Positions 10,561 through 20,827 are shown, counted from the first letter of the stretch. The stretch is 43,854 bases of DNA from Desulfobacterales bacterium (GCA_049698595.1 JBAVYC010000730.1:1-43854), one strand, 5' to 3'. Notes: generated by a model not told the origin, from the sequence alone. Numbers and translations: made by a program.

Positions 10561-11568
10561 ATGCAGAAATACACAAAACAGATCGAATGGATAACCACAA
10601 TTATCTGCTTACTAATTTTCCTGACAGCACCAGCAGTGATGGCCGACCCAGGGGACCCTTCAGCTACCAAAGCGTCAATGCGCGCAGAAAAGAAAAAGGC
10701 CATCCCGCTAGAAACTGATTTCACCCTTAGCGCCGGTTATCGCCGGGACGATCTGGACTGGAATATCGCCGGAGATATCCATGGCAACAATCCCAACGTC
10801 TTATCGGAACTGACCTGGGACGATGTTGAAAGTTACCAGGTGAAACTTCAGGGCAATTTCGTGTGGCCCAATATCATTGCCCTTAAAGGTTACGCAAATT
10901 ATGGCTGGATTTTTGACGGTGACAATCAGGATTCGGATTATCTGGGGGACAACCGCACCTTTGAGTTTTCCCGCTCCAATAACAATACGGATGATCATTA
11001 TGTGTGGGATGCGTCAGTTGCCATCGGCTATCCTTTAAGATTCGGCCAAACCGTTCTCGGAACACTCACGCCCCTTTTGGGGTATTCCCATCACGAACAA
11101 AAATTGAACATCACCGACGGTAATCAAACCATCCCCGATCTGGGACCGTTTCCCGGATTGGACAGTTCCTACGATGCCGAATGGCAAGGCCCCTGGATCG
11201 GCTTAGATTTGCGCTTTAAGTCCAAAAAGTTAACCACCTTCGCCCATCGATTCGAAACATACTTGACCTATGAATATCACTGGGCCGACTATCATGCTGA
11301 AGCAGATTGGAACCTTCGAGAAGATTTTGCACATCCAAAAAGCTTCAAGCACGATGCCGACGGCAACGGCTGGAAATTTGGAACGGGCTTCAACTTGTGG
11401 CTTCATCACAACTGGGCGCTGAATTTTAATTACGACTATCAGGATTGGTCAACCGATGACGGCAATGACAAAGTGTTTTTTTCAGATGGCAGCACTGCTA
11501 AAACAAAATTAAACGAAGTCAACTGGAGCTCCTATGCGTTGAGCATGGGGCTTACTTTGCGATTCTAA
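10561..11568 (+). CDS. Outer-membrane beta-barrel protein (omptin-like/autotransporter-barrel-like)
   Basis: Signal peptide, alternating aromatic beta-strands, SELTW motif reminiscent of omptins, and a C-terminal Phe (MGLTLRF). Confidence 0.72.
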   Translation: MQKYTKQIEWITTIICLLIFLTAPAVMADPGDPSATKASMRAEKKKAIPLETDFTLSAGYRRDDLDWNIAGDIHGNNPNVLSELTWDDVESYQVKLQGNFVWPNIIALKGYANYGWIFDGDNQDSDYLGDNRTFEFSRSNNNTDDHYVWDASVAIGYPLRFGQTVLGTLTPLLGYSHHEQKLNITDGNQTIPDLGPFPGLDSSYDAEWQGPWIGLDLRFKSKKLTTFAHRFETYLTYEYHWADYHAEADWNLREDFAHPKSFKHDADGNGWKFGTGFNLWLHHNWALNFNYDYQDWSTDDGNDKVFFSDGSTAKTKLNEVNWSSYALSMGLTLRF

Positions 11569-11709
11569 TACCGGAGTTGAACGGTTCAAGGTTCTCAGCT
11601 AAAGTGCCCTAACGAATCTTTTTGGATGTCATGACGCATAGAAAATCGCTCAATTGAATTCTAAGATGGAATCCGGGGTATGCAAGTGGTGGGACAACAA
11701 GAAAGGCAG

Positions 11710-11757
11710 TCCCCCCTGCCCTGGAATTTTCATCCAGGCCCAGGGGGATCTTTTTTG
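11710..11757. terminator. Hairpin/terminator between the convergent barrel and ferredoxin genes
   Basis: TCCCCCCTG..CTGGA / TCCAG..CAGGGGGA stem followed by TCTTTTTT on the + strand. Confidence 0.6.
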
Positions 11758-11764
11758 TACAAAC

Positions 11765-11953
11765 TTAGGTCTCTTCGACTACGATTGCGCCTTCTTCACA
11801 GACTTCGACGCAGCTTTCGCATCCAAGACATTCTTCGGCATTGACGGGCACGGATTTACCGTCCTGCATCTCGAATACTTCAACAGGACAAACATCCACG
11901 CACTCTTCACAACCGGCGCACTTCTCTTCATCGACGATAGGATTAAAAGCCAT
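11765..11953 (-). CDS. 2x[4Fe-4S] ferredoxin
   Basis: CAGCEECVDVCP and CLGCESCVEVC motifs in an acidic 62-aa protein. Strong RBS GAAAGGAGAG. Confidence 0.95.
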   Translation of the reverse strand: MAFNPIVDEEKCAGCEECVDVCPVEVFEMQDGKSVPVNAEECLGCESCVEVCEEGAIVVEET

Positions 11954-12152
11954 TATCAAACTCTCCTTTCAATGAATTATAATAAAATAGTGTTGTAACC
12001 TTCTATTGGATCCCGATACGCGTCTATCCATGTACCAAGGGGATGTCCTTATACCAATTAAAAAAGCGAGTCAAGCCCTCTTATCATTTTTTTCCTGAAA
12101 TTTCCTTTTTATACCTTAATTTTAATTACTTTGGATATTTATTTTATAGGTG

Positions 12153-13154
12153 TCAAAACTCGATTAACCCGACGAGCGTATTTTTAAATCCGCCGCCGGA
12201 ACAGGCGGTATTTCTGTCAGGAGGTTGGATTTGAGCACAGCGTGAAAAAAAATCCCGGGGCATTTCATCCGGTGCGAGATAGACACTTAGCGCCACAGTG
12301 GCCGTTGCGGATGGAAAGTCCGGTTGACCACAAGGCCTAACGGTGGTCGGCGCCCATTTATGTTCAACAATGTGAGCAAGATTCGACACCAGTTTTTGCC
12401 GCCAAGGAGCAAGTTCGGCACTCAGCGCAGTGCCGGTTGGAATGGTCTCGAAAGAAAGCAGCTTTTCAGCCGACGGCGTTTTGTCGAGTAAATCCTGCAT
12501 AACGGCTGGGATTTGGGTAATAAATATGCCGGAAATATCCGTATCCTTTAACAAAATCCGAGTCCAGGCTTTCAGCCGGTCCAAAACCATATAATCGGCG
12601 GAATCATCCGGGATCGGCACCTCTTCTTTGTGAAATCCGCCGGTTAAGGAATCATCTTCCATTTTCAGTTGTCGGATCAATTCGGTTTCCTGTTGACGGT
12701 GCCGTTTGAGATCCCGGGCGAGCTCCTGGTTTTGCCGATCAAATTCCTGGGCAAAATAGAGAAAAAGCCTGGCTTCTAAAAGTGGATCCGGGGCTATGGA
12801 GGCTGGTTTGCCATCTACCTGCTCTTTAATATCTGCCACAATCTTTGAGGGCGCTGAGGCGTTAAAGAAAGGTATGCCATCCTTCCAGGTTTTCAAAAAT
12901 GGGGGCTTCAGGCCTGAACCGGCAAGATTGAAATCGGCCCAACTCAGATAATTTTTCAACACTGCTTCAAGCTCTTTCTGATCTGCCGTTACAGGCACCC
13001 GGATGTCCAAAATACCCTTTTCAACCCAGGGACGCATGTGTTCCGGTATTTTCCCGGCCAGGGGCTGGTAAGCAATAAATTGTCCGAAGCAGGCAGCCAG
13101 TGCCTGTGCAACGGAATCGGAGACACAGGTGGATGGGAAAAAGATTGGTTTCAT
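12153..13154 (-). CDS. Hypothetical protein (333 aa)
   Basis: Long ORF with an ATGA overlap to the upstream cysteine synthase fusion. No motif recognised. Confidence 0.75.
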   Translation of the reverse strand: MKPIFFPSTCVSDSVAQALAACFGQFIAYQPLAGKIPEHMRPWVEKGILDIRVPVTADQKELEAVLKNYLSWADFNLAGSGLKPPFLKTWKDGIPFFNASAPSKIVADIKEQVDGKPASIAPDPLLEARLFLYFAQEFDRQNQELARDLKRHRQQETELIRQLKMEDDSLTGGFHKEEVPIPDDSADYMVLDRLKAWTRILLKDTDISGIFITQIPAVMQDLLDKTPSAEKLLSFETIPTGTALSAELAPWRQKLVSNLAHIVEHKWAPTTVRPCGQPDFPSATATVALSVYLAPDEMPRDFFSRCAQIQPPDRNTACSGGGFKNTLVGLIEF

Positions 13155-15427
13155 AGTTTTTCGTCCTGCACAATGATTCCTCGTGCTCTTAATTGGTTAC
13201 GGATACTGTCGGCAAGCTCCCACTTGTGCTCCGATCTGGCCTGGTTTCTGGCGTTGATGAGTTCCTGGACCATGGGGTCTTCATCTTCTTTATCAAATTC
13301 CAGGAATCCGAACACTGCATCGATGCTGCGAAATGCGTCCAAAACTTTGGCTGCGCCGGCAGCATCAATTTTCTTTTCCAGTGCCAGGACATTGATCTTT
13401 TTGACACTGCCGAACAATGAGGCCAGGGCCGCCGCTATGTTGAGATCATCCTCCATAGCCCGAATGACCCCTTGTTTAATATCATAAACCAATTGATTCA
13501 AATCCGGATAGGACTGTCCGTCCCTGATTCGTTGCAGGGTATGGATGCATTGATCCAGTCTTTTCAATGAATTCCGCGCATCATTCAACCGGTCTTTGGA
13601 AAAGGCAATCGGTTTTCGGTAATGGGTTTTAAACAGCCAGTATCGAATCAACCGTCCCGGATAGCCCATATGCATAAGATCGTCGAGGGTATGACCGCAA
13701 TCAGTTTCGTCCACTTTTTTCCCATCGATTAAAACTCGGTCGCAATGAATCCAGAAACGGGCCGGGGACTTGCCGGTGAGTGCCGCCGCAATGGCGTTGA
13801 CATTTTCATGATGGGGAAACAGCAACTCCCGGCTGCCGGCATAGATGTCATAATAATCACCCAGATGTTTCATGGACATGGCCGCACATTGAATGTGCCA
13901 GGAAGGACGCACATTGCCCCATTGGGTTCTATAAAATATCCCTCTTTTTAATTCCGACAACTTTGTTCGCCTGAAAAGCGTGAAGTCTCTGGGATTTTCT
14001 TTTTCATATTCATCGAGGTCGACAGTCGCACCCAATCTTATTTTATTAATATCAATACCCGACAATTGGCCATAATCCGGAAAGCGTGAAATATCGAAAT
14101 ACAAAGAATGCAGCTTCTCGTATGCAAATCCTTTGTTGACAAGTTTTTGTGAAAGCGCCTGCATGTCTTTGACATGTTCGCTGGCAAGGGGATATTTTTC
14201 TGCCGCCCGGATTCTGAGAACGGTCAAATCTTTTTTAAACTGCTCAATATGGCCCCGCGCAAATTCAGTCAAATCCAAGCCGGCTTTTTCAGATCCAAGA
14301 ATGGTTTTGTCATCCAGGTCGATGATGTTCATGACATGCCGTACACGATAGCCCCGGTATCGCAGATATCGGCTCAGTAAATCGACGAACACATAGCGGC
14401 GCATTTCGCCAATATGCATCCTCGCATGGGCGGTCGGACCGTATGAGTATAAAGATACGTTTCCCGGGATAACGGTCACAAAAGATTCCTTGCGTTTGCT
14501 CAGGGTATTATACAGCTTGAGTTCCACATCTTCCCGCTCAGCAAAAAGGGGGGTGCTCAGGTAGCGTTCTCCGCCATCAGACAATACCACCACGACAGTG
14601 CCCGCACTCATTTGCTGTGCCTCTTTCAGGGCCACCGCCATGGCGGCGCCACTGCTCATCCCCACCAGCAGCCCTTCAGTTCTGGCCAGGTTTCTGGCCA
14701 TCTCAAAGGCTTCTTCATCATCTATATTGATTTTTTTATCCAGTCGCTGCTTTTCAAATATCCCGGGACAATACGCCTCTTTCATATTTTTTAAACCCTG
14801 GATTTTATGGCCCAGATAGGGTTCAACGCCGACGATTTGAACCGTCGGTTTTAGCTGCTTTAATTTTCGCGAGACTCCCATCAGCGTACCGGATGTCCCC
14901 AGACAGGCAATAAAAGTGGTAACGGCGGCACCGGATTGTTGCCAAATCTCTTCTGCCGTTCCATGGTAATGGGATTTCCAGTTGGCTTCGTTGTTGAACT
15001 GATCCACCATATAAAAATGTCCGGGTTTTTCCCGGGCCAGGCGATAAGCCTCTTCAATAGCTCCGTCTGTCCCCAGATGCCCCGGAGTCAGAAGGATTTC
15101 GGCACCGCGCGCTCTTAAAATTTTCTGACGTTCAGTACTGACGGATTCGCTCATCACCAACAACAGCCGGTAGCCTTTGAGCCCGCAAACCAGTGCAAGC
15201 CCAATCCCGGTGTTCCCACTGGTGGCTTCCAGGACCGTCTTGTCCGGGTTGAGTTCCCCTGATTTTTCCGCGGCCTCGATCATGTAAAGTGCCGGCCTGT
15301 CCTTGATGGATCCACCCGGGTTGAAATATTCCAACTTGGCCAGAACTCTGACCTTGGGGTTTGAATTGAGTTTTTTGATTTCAACCAATGGCGTATTGCC
15401 AATGGTGTTCAGAATAGAATTGCTCAT
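13151..15427 (-). CDS. Cysteine synthase (CysK/CysM) fused to a degenerate cysteinyl-tRNA synthetase-like domain
   Basis: N-terminal NPGGSIKDR (PLP lysine), ATSGNTG and GTSGT. C-terminal LYNTL, RPSWHIQCAAM, FPHHEN, DDLN and an anticodon-domain-like RNQARSEHKWELADSIR. Confidence 0.9.
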   Translation of the reverse strand: MSNSILNTIGNTPLVEIKKLNSNPKVRVLAKLEYFNPGGSIKDRPALYMIEAAEKSGELNPDKTVLEATSGNTGIGLALVCGLKGYRLLLVMSESVSTERQKILRARGAEILLTPGHLGTDGAIEEAYRLAREKPGHFYMVDQFNNEANWKSHYHGTAEEIWQQSGAAVTTFIACLGTSGTLMGVSRKLKQLKPTVQIVGVEPYLGHKIQGLKNMKEAYCPGIFEKQRLDKKINIDDEEAFEMARNLARTEGLLVGMSSGAAMAVALKEAQQMSAGTVVVVLSDGGERYLSTPLFAEREDVELKLYNTLSKRKESFVTVIPGNVSLYSYGPTAHARMHIGEMRRYVFVDLLSRYLRYRGYRVRHVMNIIDLDDKTILGSEKAGLDLTEFARGHIEQFKKDLTVLRIRAAEKYPLASEHVKDMQALSQKLVNKGFAYEKLHSLYFDISRFPDYGQLSGIDINKIRLGATVDLDEYEKENPRDFTLFRRTKLSELKRGIFYRTQWGNVRPSWHIQCAAMSMKHLGDYYDIYAGSRELLFPHHENVNAIAAALTGKSPARFWIHCDRVLIDGKKVDETDCGHTLDDLMHMGYPGRLIRYWLFKTHYRKPIAFSKDRLNDARNSLKRLDQCIHTLQRIRDGQSYPDLNQLVYDIKQGVIRAMEDDLNIAAALASLFGSVKKINVLALEKKIDAAGAAKVLDAFRSIDAVFGFLEFDKEDEDPMVQELINARNQARSEHKWELADSIRNQLRARGIIVQDEKL

Positions 15428-15430
15428 AAG

Positions 15431-15772
15431 ACACCAAGTGTGTCCGCTTCGCTCATCCGCCGGCGGGGAATAATGGAATGTTGGAATCTTGGAATGATGG
15501 GCTTAAATAAACCCATATTCAAAATACATATGATTTCGTTGATTTTCTTGTTTTTATGGATTATTTTCGGGCAAAAAAAGCAGAAAATAAATGCTTGGTG
15601 AGCATTTTCAAAAAAAGCAGATTCAACAATTCTTGTAGTATTGTCCGTTTTTCGCTTCTCATGCCCAATATTCCAACATTCCACTATTCCATCCTTCCAT
15701 AAGGCTCATCAAGTAAATGGCCGTAAAAAATCTGTGATTCCAATAAATTGTAGAAAATCCGATACATTAAAT
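15431..15772. repeat. Intergenic fold-back element, copy 2
   Basis: Left arm is four GGAATNWT units (15467-15498). Right arm is four CCANNNTT units (15665-15696). Terminal motif AAATTGTAGAAAATCCGATACATTAAAT at 15745-15772. Confidence 0.75.
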
Positions 15773-16405
15773 TAGTGGTAATAGGTCAGCCAGCGCCTCC
15801 CGGATATCCGCCTGAACCTGTTTTTCATCACGCGCAGCATCAACCACCTTGATCCGTTCGGGTTGACGGCGGGCAAGTTCCAAATAGCCTGCGCGAACTT
15901 TTTCGTGAAAGCTGAGGGTTTCTTCTTCAAAACGGCTCTCAGTGCCGGAACGTATGCCGTTATCAAGCTGTCTCCAGGCTCGTGCCAAACCTATTTGAGG
16001 TGCAAGATCCAGTAGCAGAGTAATATCCGGTAATAGATCATCGAATATGAGCCTGTGCAAGTCGCAGATGAATCCAGTGTCAAGTCCCCGGGCAAAGCCC
16101 TGGTAAACCACGGTGGCATCAAAATAGCGGTCGCATAAAATAACTTTGCCTTCAGCCAGACTGGGTTTTATCAAAGAACTGATGTGCTGGGCACGGTCAG
16201 CCATATACAGCAGCAATTCCGCCGTGGGAACCAGTCCGGTGCTGGCAGGATCCAGCAAAATAGCCCTGATTTTTTCCCCGGGAGTGGTGCCGCCAGGTTC
16301 GCGGGTCAACACACATGCATGTCCCCGGTCTTCAAAAAAGGTGCAGAGCTGCTGCATTTGGGTCGTCTTGCCGGAGCCTTCAATACCTTCCAGAGTGATA
16401 AACAT
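15767..16405 (-). CDS. tmk: Thymidylate kinase
   Basis: FITLEGIEGSGKTT, TREPGG, DRAQH and CDRY motifs. Confidence 0.96.
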   Translation of the reverse strand: MFITLEGIEGSGKTTQMQQLCTFFEDRGHACVLTREPGGTTPGEKIRAILLDPASTGLVPTAELLLYMADRAQHISSLIKPSLAEGKVILCDRYFDATVVYQGFARGLDTGFICDLHRLIFDDLLPDITLLLDLAPQIGLARAWRQLDNGIRSGTESRFEEETLSFHEKVRAGYLELARRQPERIKVVDAARDEKQVQADIREALADLLPLI

Positions 16406-16562
16406 ATAGATTATGAATCCTTCTTTTAACAATCGGGCAGGGTGTAAAAGCTTGGGTCCTTATGAATAAATTTTATCGCAGCAAGCTGCAAGGAACGACA
16501 CCCCAATGGAGATTAAATTGACAGAGCAAAGCGACATCCACAAATATTTCCGCCCCGGCGGA

Positions 16563-17336
16563 TCAATCGACAATCTTCATTTTTTTTAGCTCCCAGCTTT
16601 TCAAATCCTCCAGCATGGAGTAATCCGTCATATCGCATTTGACCGGTGTTATGGAAATAAAATTTTGGCCCAGTGCGGTTCCGTCAATTTCGGGATCGTC
16701 CCCAAACGATTGCATATCCCGTCCTTGCCAGTAATAGGTTCGATTACGGGGATCCATGCGCTTTTCAACATATTCAGACAGCAATTCAACGCTCTGCCGG
16801 CTGATCCGAACCCCGGCGATCTTTTTCAGGGGCCGGTTTGGAATATTCACATTAAGAAATGTTCCAAAAGGCAGTCCCTGTGCATGCACGGTACCGCATA
16901 ACTGGGCGACAAACAGCGCAGCATCTTCGCAATAATCGGCTTTTTGGCCTTCAATTGATACCGCGATTCCGATGACACCGCCCAGGGCCGCCTCTTTAGC
17001 CGCGGCCACCGTACCGGAATAGTTTAAATTGGCACCGACATTGGCCCCCGGATTTATCCCGGCGACCACCACATCGGGGCGCTCGGGCAGTATTTCAGCG
17101 ATGGCCAGTTTAATGCAGTCGGCCGGTGTGCCGTTTACCGAATATCCGCGATATCCACCGTTTAAAGAAACCCGACTTGCACGCAAGGGCTGATTCAGCG
17201 TAATGGCATGCCCGATGGCACTGCGCTCACGGTCCGGTGCGACGACTGTCACATGATGAGCATCGATAAAGTGGTTGTAAAGCGCCCACAGGCCCCGGGC
17301 ATGGATACCATCGTCATTTGTCAATAAAACGTTCAT
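16563..17336 (-). CDS. surE: 5'/3'-nucleotidase SurE
   Basis: LLTNDDG, GTPADC, GINPGAN and YSGTVAAA motifs. Confidence 0.96.
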   Translation of the reverse strand: MNVLLTNDDGIHARGLWALYNHFIDAHHVTVVAPDRERSAIGHAITLNQPLRASRVSLNGGYRGYSVNGTPADCIKLAIAEILPERPDVVVAGINPGANVGANLNYSGTVAAAKEAALGGVIGIAVSIEGQKADYCEDAALFVAQLCGTVHAQGLPFGTFLNVNIPNRPLKKIAGVRISRQSVELLSEYVEKRMDPRNRTYYWQGRDMQSFGDDPEIDGTALGQNFISITPVKCDMTDYSMLEDLKSWELKKMKIVD

Positions 17337-17588
17337 GGGCAACATAGGGTCATGTTTGTGAATTTTGTCGTTAAATGTATTCTAGAAAAAAATCAAGATG
17401 TTCAAAGAAATGCCTTAAATTAAAGTATTCTGCTTAGTCTACTAACCAACCATTCAACTATTTAACAAGATCCGGTTGAACATTATCTTGACTTTTTTTA
17501 TCAACTTGGGCTTATATCTTAAATTTAAATGGGATTCAAGCAGCACATTTCATCATCCGGCTCTGGATTCGACGATGCAATAAACTGA

Positions 17589-19973
17589 ATGGCACTAAAT
17601 ACAACCACTCATAAATCCGGGCTTATGACTCTCGAACAAAGCAGACTTGACAGTCGGCGCTGGATTTCGTCAGCTGTCCTAATCATCCTCAGTGCCCTTG
17701 GAATCATTACCGGCTATCCGTTTATCACTCCCAACGAACTGGTGGCGCAAGTGAATCAAGACCAGGCCGCAGATGCTATCCGGGATCCGAATATACCGTG
17801 GCAACTTGAAGCCGATGAAATCAATTATGATCAAAATTTCGATGAATACAGCGCCAGCGGCAATGTTATGATTTATAAAGGAAACATTAAGCTGTTGGCC
17901 GACTTTATACGGTTTGATCACAAAAACATGAAGGCCTATGCCGAAGGTGACGTCATATTAACCAACGGTCAGGACATTCTGAGCGGCACGAGTATGGAAA
18001 TGGATCTGGACAACCAGATCGGGTCGGTTAAAAATGGTTATCTGTTCCTTAAGGAAAACAACTTTCATTTAACCGGAAACCTGATCAAAAAGGTCGGCGA
18101 AAATACCTATACCATCGATGAGGCAACTCTGACCACCTGTGATGGTGAGAACCCGGATTGGAGGATAACCGGAAAAAAAGTCAAAATCAAAGAAGATGGC
18201 GAAGGGACGGCCCAACATGCGACCATATGGGCCCGGAAAATGCCGGTTATGTATACCCCTTATTTCTATTATCCAGCCAGGAAAAAACGCCAAACCGGTT
18301 TACTGTTCCCTGAGGGCGGGATTTCCGATCGCTGGGGCATCTATTATAATCAGCCCTTTTTCTGGGCCATTGATGAAAGCTCGGATGCCACTTTTTATGG
18401 ACAATACATGAATAAACGTGGACTGCGGCCCGGTGTGGAGTACCGTTATTATTTAGATGACTGGTCAAAAGGGACCTGGATGGTCGATGGGCTTGATGAT
18501 CAAAAAATCGACGACGGCATCGGTGATTCCAGCGAAAAATGGGGCTTTGATGACGGGACAACGGACATCCTGCGTAAAAATAAGGATCGCTACTGGTTGC
18601 GGGGCAGCCACCATCAAAAAATGCCCTGGGGGGTTCAGGCCAAACTGGACGTTGATATTGTCAGCGACCAGGATTACACCCGCGAATTTAAAAATGGGTA
18701 CATGGGCTGGAAAAATTCAAAGGAATTTTTTGAAGATGTTTTCAGCCGAGATCTGGACGATTATAACGACCCCATCCGGACCAATCAGCTGAATTTCAAT
18801 AAAACCTGGCCGCTTTACAGCCTTAACGCCCAATTACGTTATGATCTGGACAGCACCATCCGCAACACCCATAACCCGGATGTCACTTTGCAGCAGTTGC
18901 CCGTAATTGAGTTTGACGGAATCAAACAGCGCATCTCAACGTCCCCCTTTTTTTACAATCTGAATTCACAGTATGTTTATTTCTGGAGCCAGGACGGCAA
19001 GCGAACCCAGCGGCTGGATGCCTATCCACGGCTGTATCTTCCCTTTCAACTCAGGCCTTTCATCAATATCGAGCCATCGGTGGGTGTGCGGGGTACTTTA
19101 TGGCGTCCGGACAAAAAAGAATTCGGCCCGGATGACAAAAATTACTACCATCGTGAATTGTACGATACCCGCCTGGATCTTTTTTCAGAGCTCTACAGTG
19201 TATTTCACACCGAAGGCAAAACCATCGAAGCTGTCAAACATACGATCCGTCCCCGCATCATCCATGATTTTGTTTCGAATGTGGATCAGGAAGATTTGCC
19301 CAATTTTGACTCCATCGACCGCATCAACAACGTCAACCTGCTCACCTACTCGCTGACCAACACTCTGACATCCAAAACACGAAAAACAGACAGCTTTGAT
19401 ATTTCCCATCGCATCGGCAAAAACAAGGCCACTATCATCGACTCTGCCGCCGATTACAGCTACAATGATTTTTTGCGCTTTGAATTGGAGCAAAGTTACG
19501 ATATTAATGAGGGCAAAGAAAAAAATCCGGATCGTCCGTTTTCTCCCATAGGTGCCAGACTGGACCTGATTCCCGGAAGATATATTGCCCTGGAGGCCAC
19601 TGCGTTGTGGTCCGTCTATGATTATCAATTTTTGTCCCACAACCTCGAAGCAAATTTCTGGGATCTGCGGGGAAACAGATTGGCGCTGGAGTACAGGTAT
19701 ACCAAGGATTCCGATGAACTTGGCTTGAACCCGGTCCAGTCTCTTTCCGCAGATTTGCGTGTCAGGGCGACGGACAGGCTCTCGGTTTCCGCGAATTACG
19801 AATACAATTTCTTGGACAATACCCTTGTCCAAACAGGTATCGGGATGAATTACAAAGCCCAATGCTGGGCATTTGAAGGCCGCATCACCGATACAACCGG
19901 TGTCGACAACTCTCATAATTATGATTTTGAAATAAAAGTGAACCTGTTCGGATTGGGTGAATTCGGGATTTAG
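17589..19973 (+). CDS. lptD: LPS-assembly protein LptD
   Basis: N-terminal jellyroll (LEADEI, ASGNV), TTC...PDW, RQTGLLFP, YKAQCW and C-terminal NLFGLG. The start could be 17625. Confidence 0.88.
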   Translation: MALNTTTHKSGLMTLEQSRLDSRRWISSAVLIILSALGIITGYPFITPNELVAQVNQDQAADAIRDPNIPWQLEADEINYDQNFDEYSASGNVMIYKGNIKLLADFIRFDHKNMKAYAEGDVILTNGQDILSGTSMEMDLDNQIGSVKNGYLFLKENNFHLTGNLIKKVGENTYTIDEATLTTCDGENPDWRITGKKVKIKEDGEGTAQHATIWARKMPVMYTPYFYYPARKKRQTGLLFPEGGISDRWGIYYNQPFFWAIDESSDATFYGQYMNKRGLRPGVEYRYYLDDWSKGTWMVDGLDDQKIDDGIGDSSEKWGFDDGTTDILRKNKDRYWLRGSHHQKMPWGVQAKLDVDIVSDQDYTREFKNGYMGWKNSKEFFEDVFSRDLDDYNDPIRTNQLNFNKTWPLYSLNAQLRYDLDSTIRNTHNPDVTLQQLPVIEFDGIKQRISTSPFFYNLNSQYVYFWSQDGKRTQRLDAYPRLYLPFQLRPFINIEPSVGVRGTLWRPDKKEFGPDDKNYYHRELYDTRLDLFSELYSVFHTEGKTIEAVKHTIRPRIIHDFVSNVDQEDLPNFDSIDRINNVNLLTYSLTNTLTSKTRKTDSFDISHRIGKNKATIIDSAADYSYNDFLRFELEQSYDINEGKEKNPDRPFSPIGARLDLIPGRYIALEATALWSVYDYQFLSHNLEANFWDLRGNRLALEYRYTKDSDELGLNPVQSLSADLRVRATDRLSVSANYEYNFLDNTLVQTGIGMNYKAQCWAFEGRITDTTGVDNSHNYDFEIKVNLFGLGEFGI

Positions 19974-19989
19974 ACCCAAAGTTCAGTTA

Positions 19990-20151
19990 TCGTTGATGGG
20001 TTGATTAGTTGATTGGTAAAGTGGTTGTAAATATGCATTTATCCCATATTTGCAAAATAATTGGACACTTCATGGATTAACAATCGTAAAATTTTAAAAT
20101 TATGACCATAATTTACTTAATCAACCATTCAACCAGTAAACTAATCAACGA
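19990..20151. repeat. Fold-back element with 8-nt periodic arms (GGTTGATT/AATCAACC unit)
   Basis: Left units cgttgatg-ggttgatt-agttgatt-ggtaaagt-ggttgtaa (19991-20030). Right units aatcaacc-attcaacc-agtaaact-aatcaacg (20119-20150). Confidence 0.65.
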
Positions 20152-20265
20152 GGTCTGTAATTGTTATTTTAGTGCATTTTATAGCAAATAAGGGTATTGG
20201 GATATTTTCGCTACCCTGGGACAATTGAATATTTTCATTTCCGGTTCGTCCGGATGAGGTAAAAC

Positions 20266-20793
20266 ATGACAGATAAAAAACTTGAACCTATGTGGTATGT
20301 GCTGCACACCAAAAGCCGTCACGAATCCGTGGTTAACGACGGTTTGATGAAAAAATCAATAGAGGTATATCTGCCTAAGATAACCGTGCGCAGTAAACGG
20401 CGTGATCGCAAAGTAACGATTCGGGTGCCTCTTTTCCCAGGGTATCTGTTCGTCAAAACGGATCTTCATCCCCATTCCCATCTGGAAGTCGTAAAAACTG
20501 TCGGGGCGGTGCGTTTGATCGGCAATAAACAAGGTCCCCTGCCGGTGGCCGACGGAACCGTTGAGTCTCTAATGATAATGGTGTCAAGTGATCATGCCGT
20601 AACTACCGGCTATCGTTTAGAAAAAGGAGATAACGTCATGGTTGTGCGCGGACCGTTTGCGGGGGTTGTCGGTAACTTTGTGAGGTACGGCGGCAAGGGC
20701 CGTATTGTGGTGAACATCGAGGCCCTCGGTCAGTACGCGGGGGTCGAAGTCAGCGAAGATGATATTGAAATTCTGCCGAAAATATTATCATAA
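20266..20793 (+). CDS. NusG-paralog transcription antiterminator (UpxY/LoaP/RfaH-like)
   Basis: WYVLHTKSRHE, PLFPGYLFV (NGN domain) and GDNVMVVRGPFAG (KOW domain). Not in the secE-nusG-rplK context. Confidence 0.88.
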   Translation: MTDKKLEPMWYVLHTKSRHESVVNDGLMKKSIEVYLPKITVRSKRRDRKVTIRVPLFPGYLFVKTDLHPHSHLEVVKTVGAVRLIGNKQGPLPVADGTVESLMIMVSSDHAVTTGYRLEKGDNVMVVRGPFAGVVGNFVRYGGKGRIVVNIEALGQYAGVEVSEDDIEILPKILS

Positions 20794-20797
20794 CTAC

Positions 20798-20827
20798 TTG
20801 ACATTTTATTAAGTTCTGGTTTATAAA
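20798..20827 (+). promoter_or_regulatory. Putative sigma70 promoter for the IHF/HU gene
   Basis: TTGACA-N18-TATAAA, followed by an AGGAGG RBS before ATG 20873. Confidence 0.5.

Noticed and set aside
15424..15684. 86-aa ORF MECWNIG...FQHSIIP
   Set aside because: It is a translation of the 8-nt repeat arms of the fold-back element, not a credible protein.
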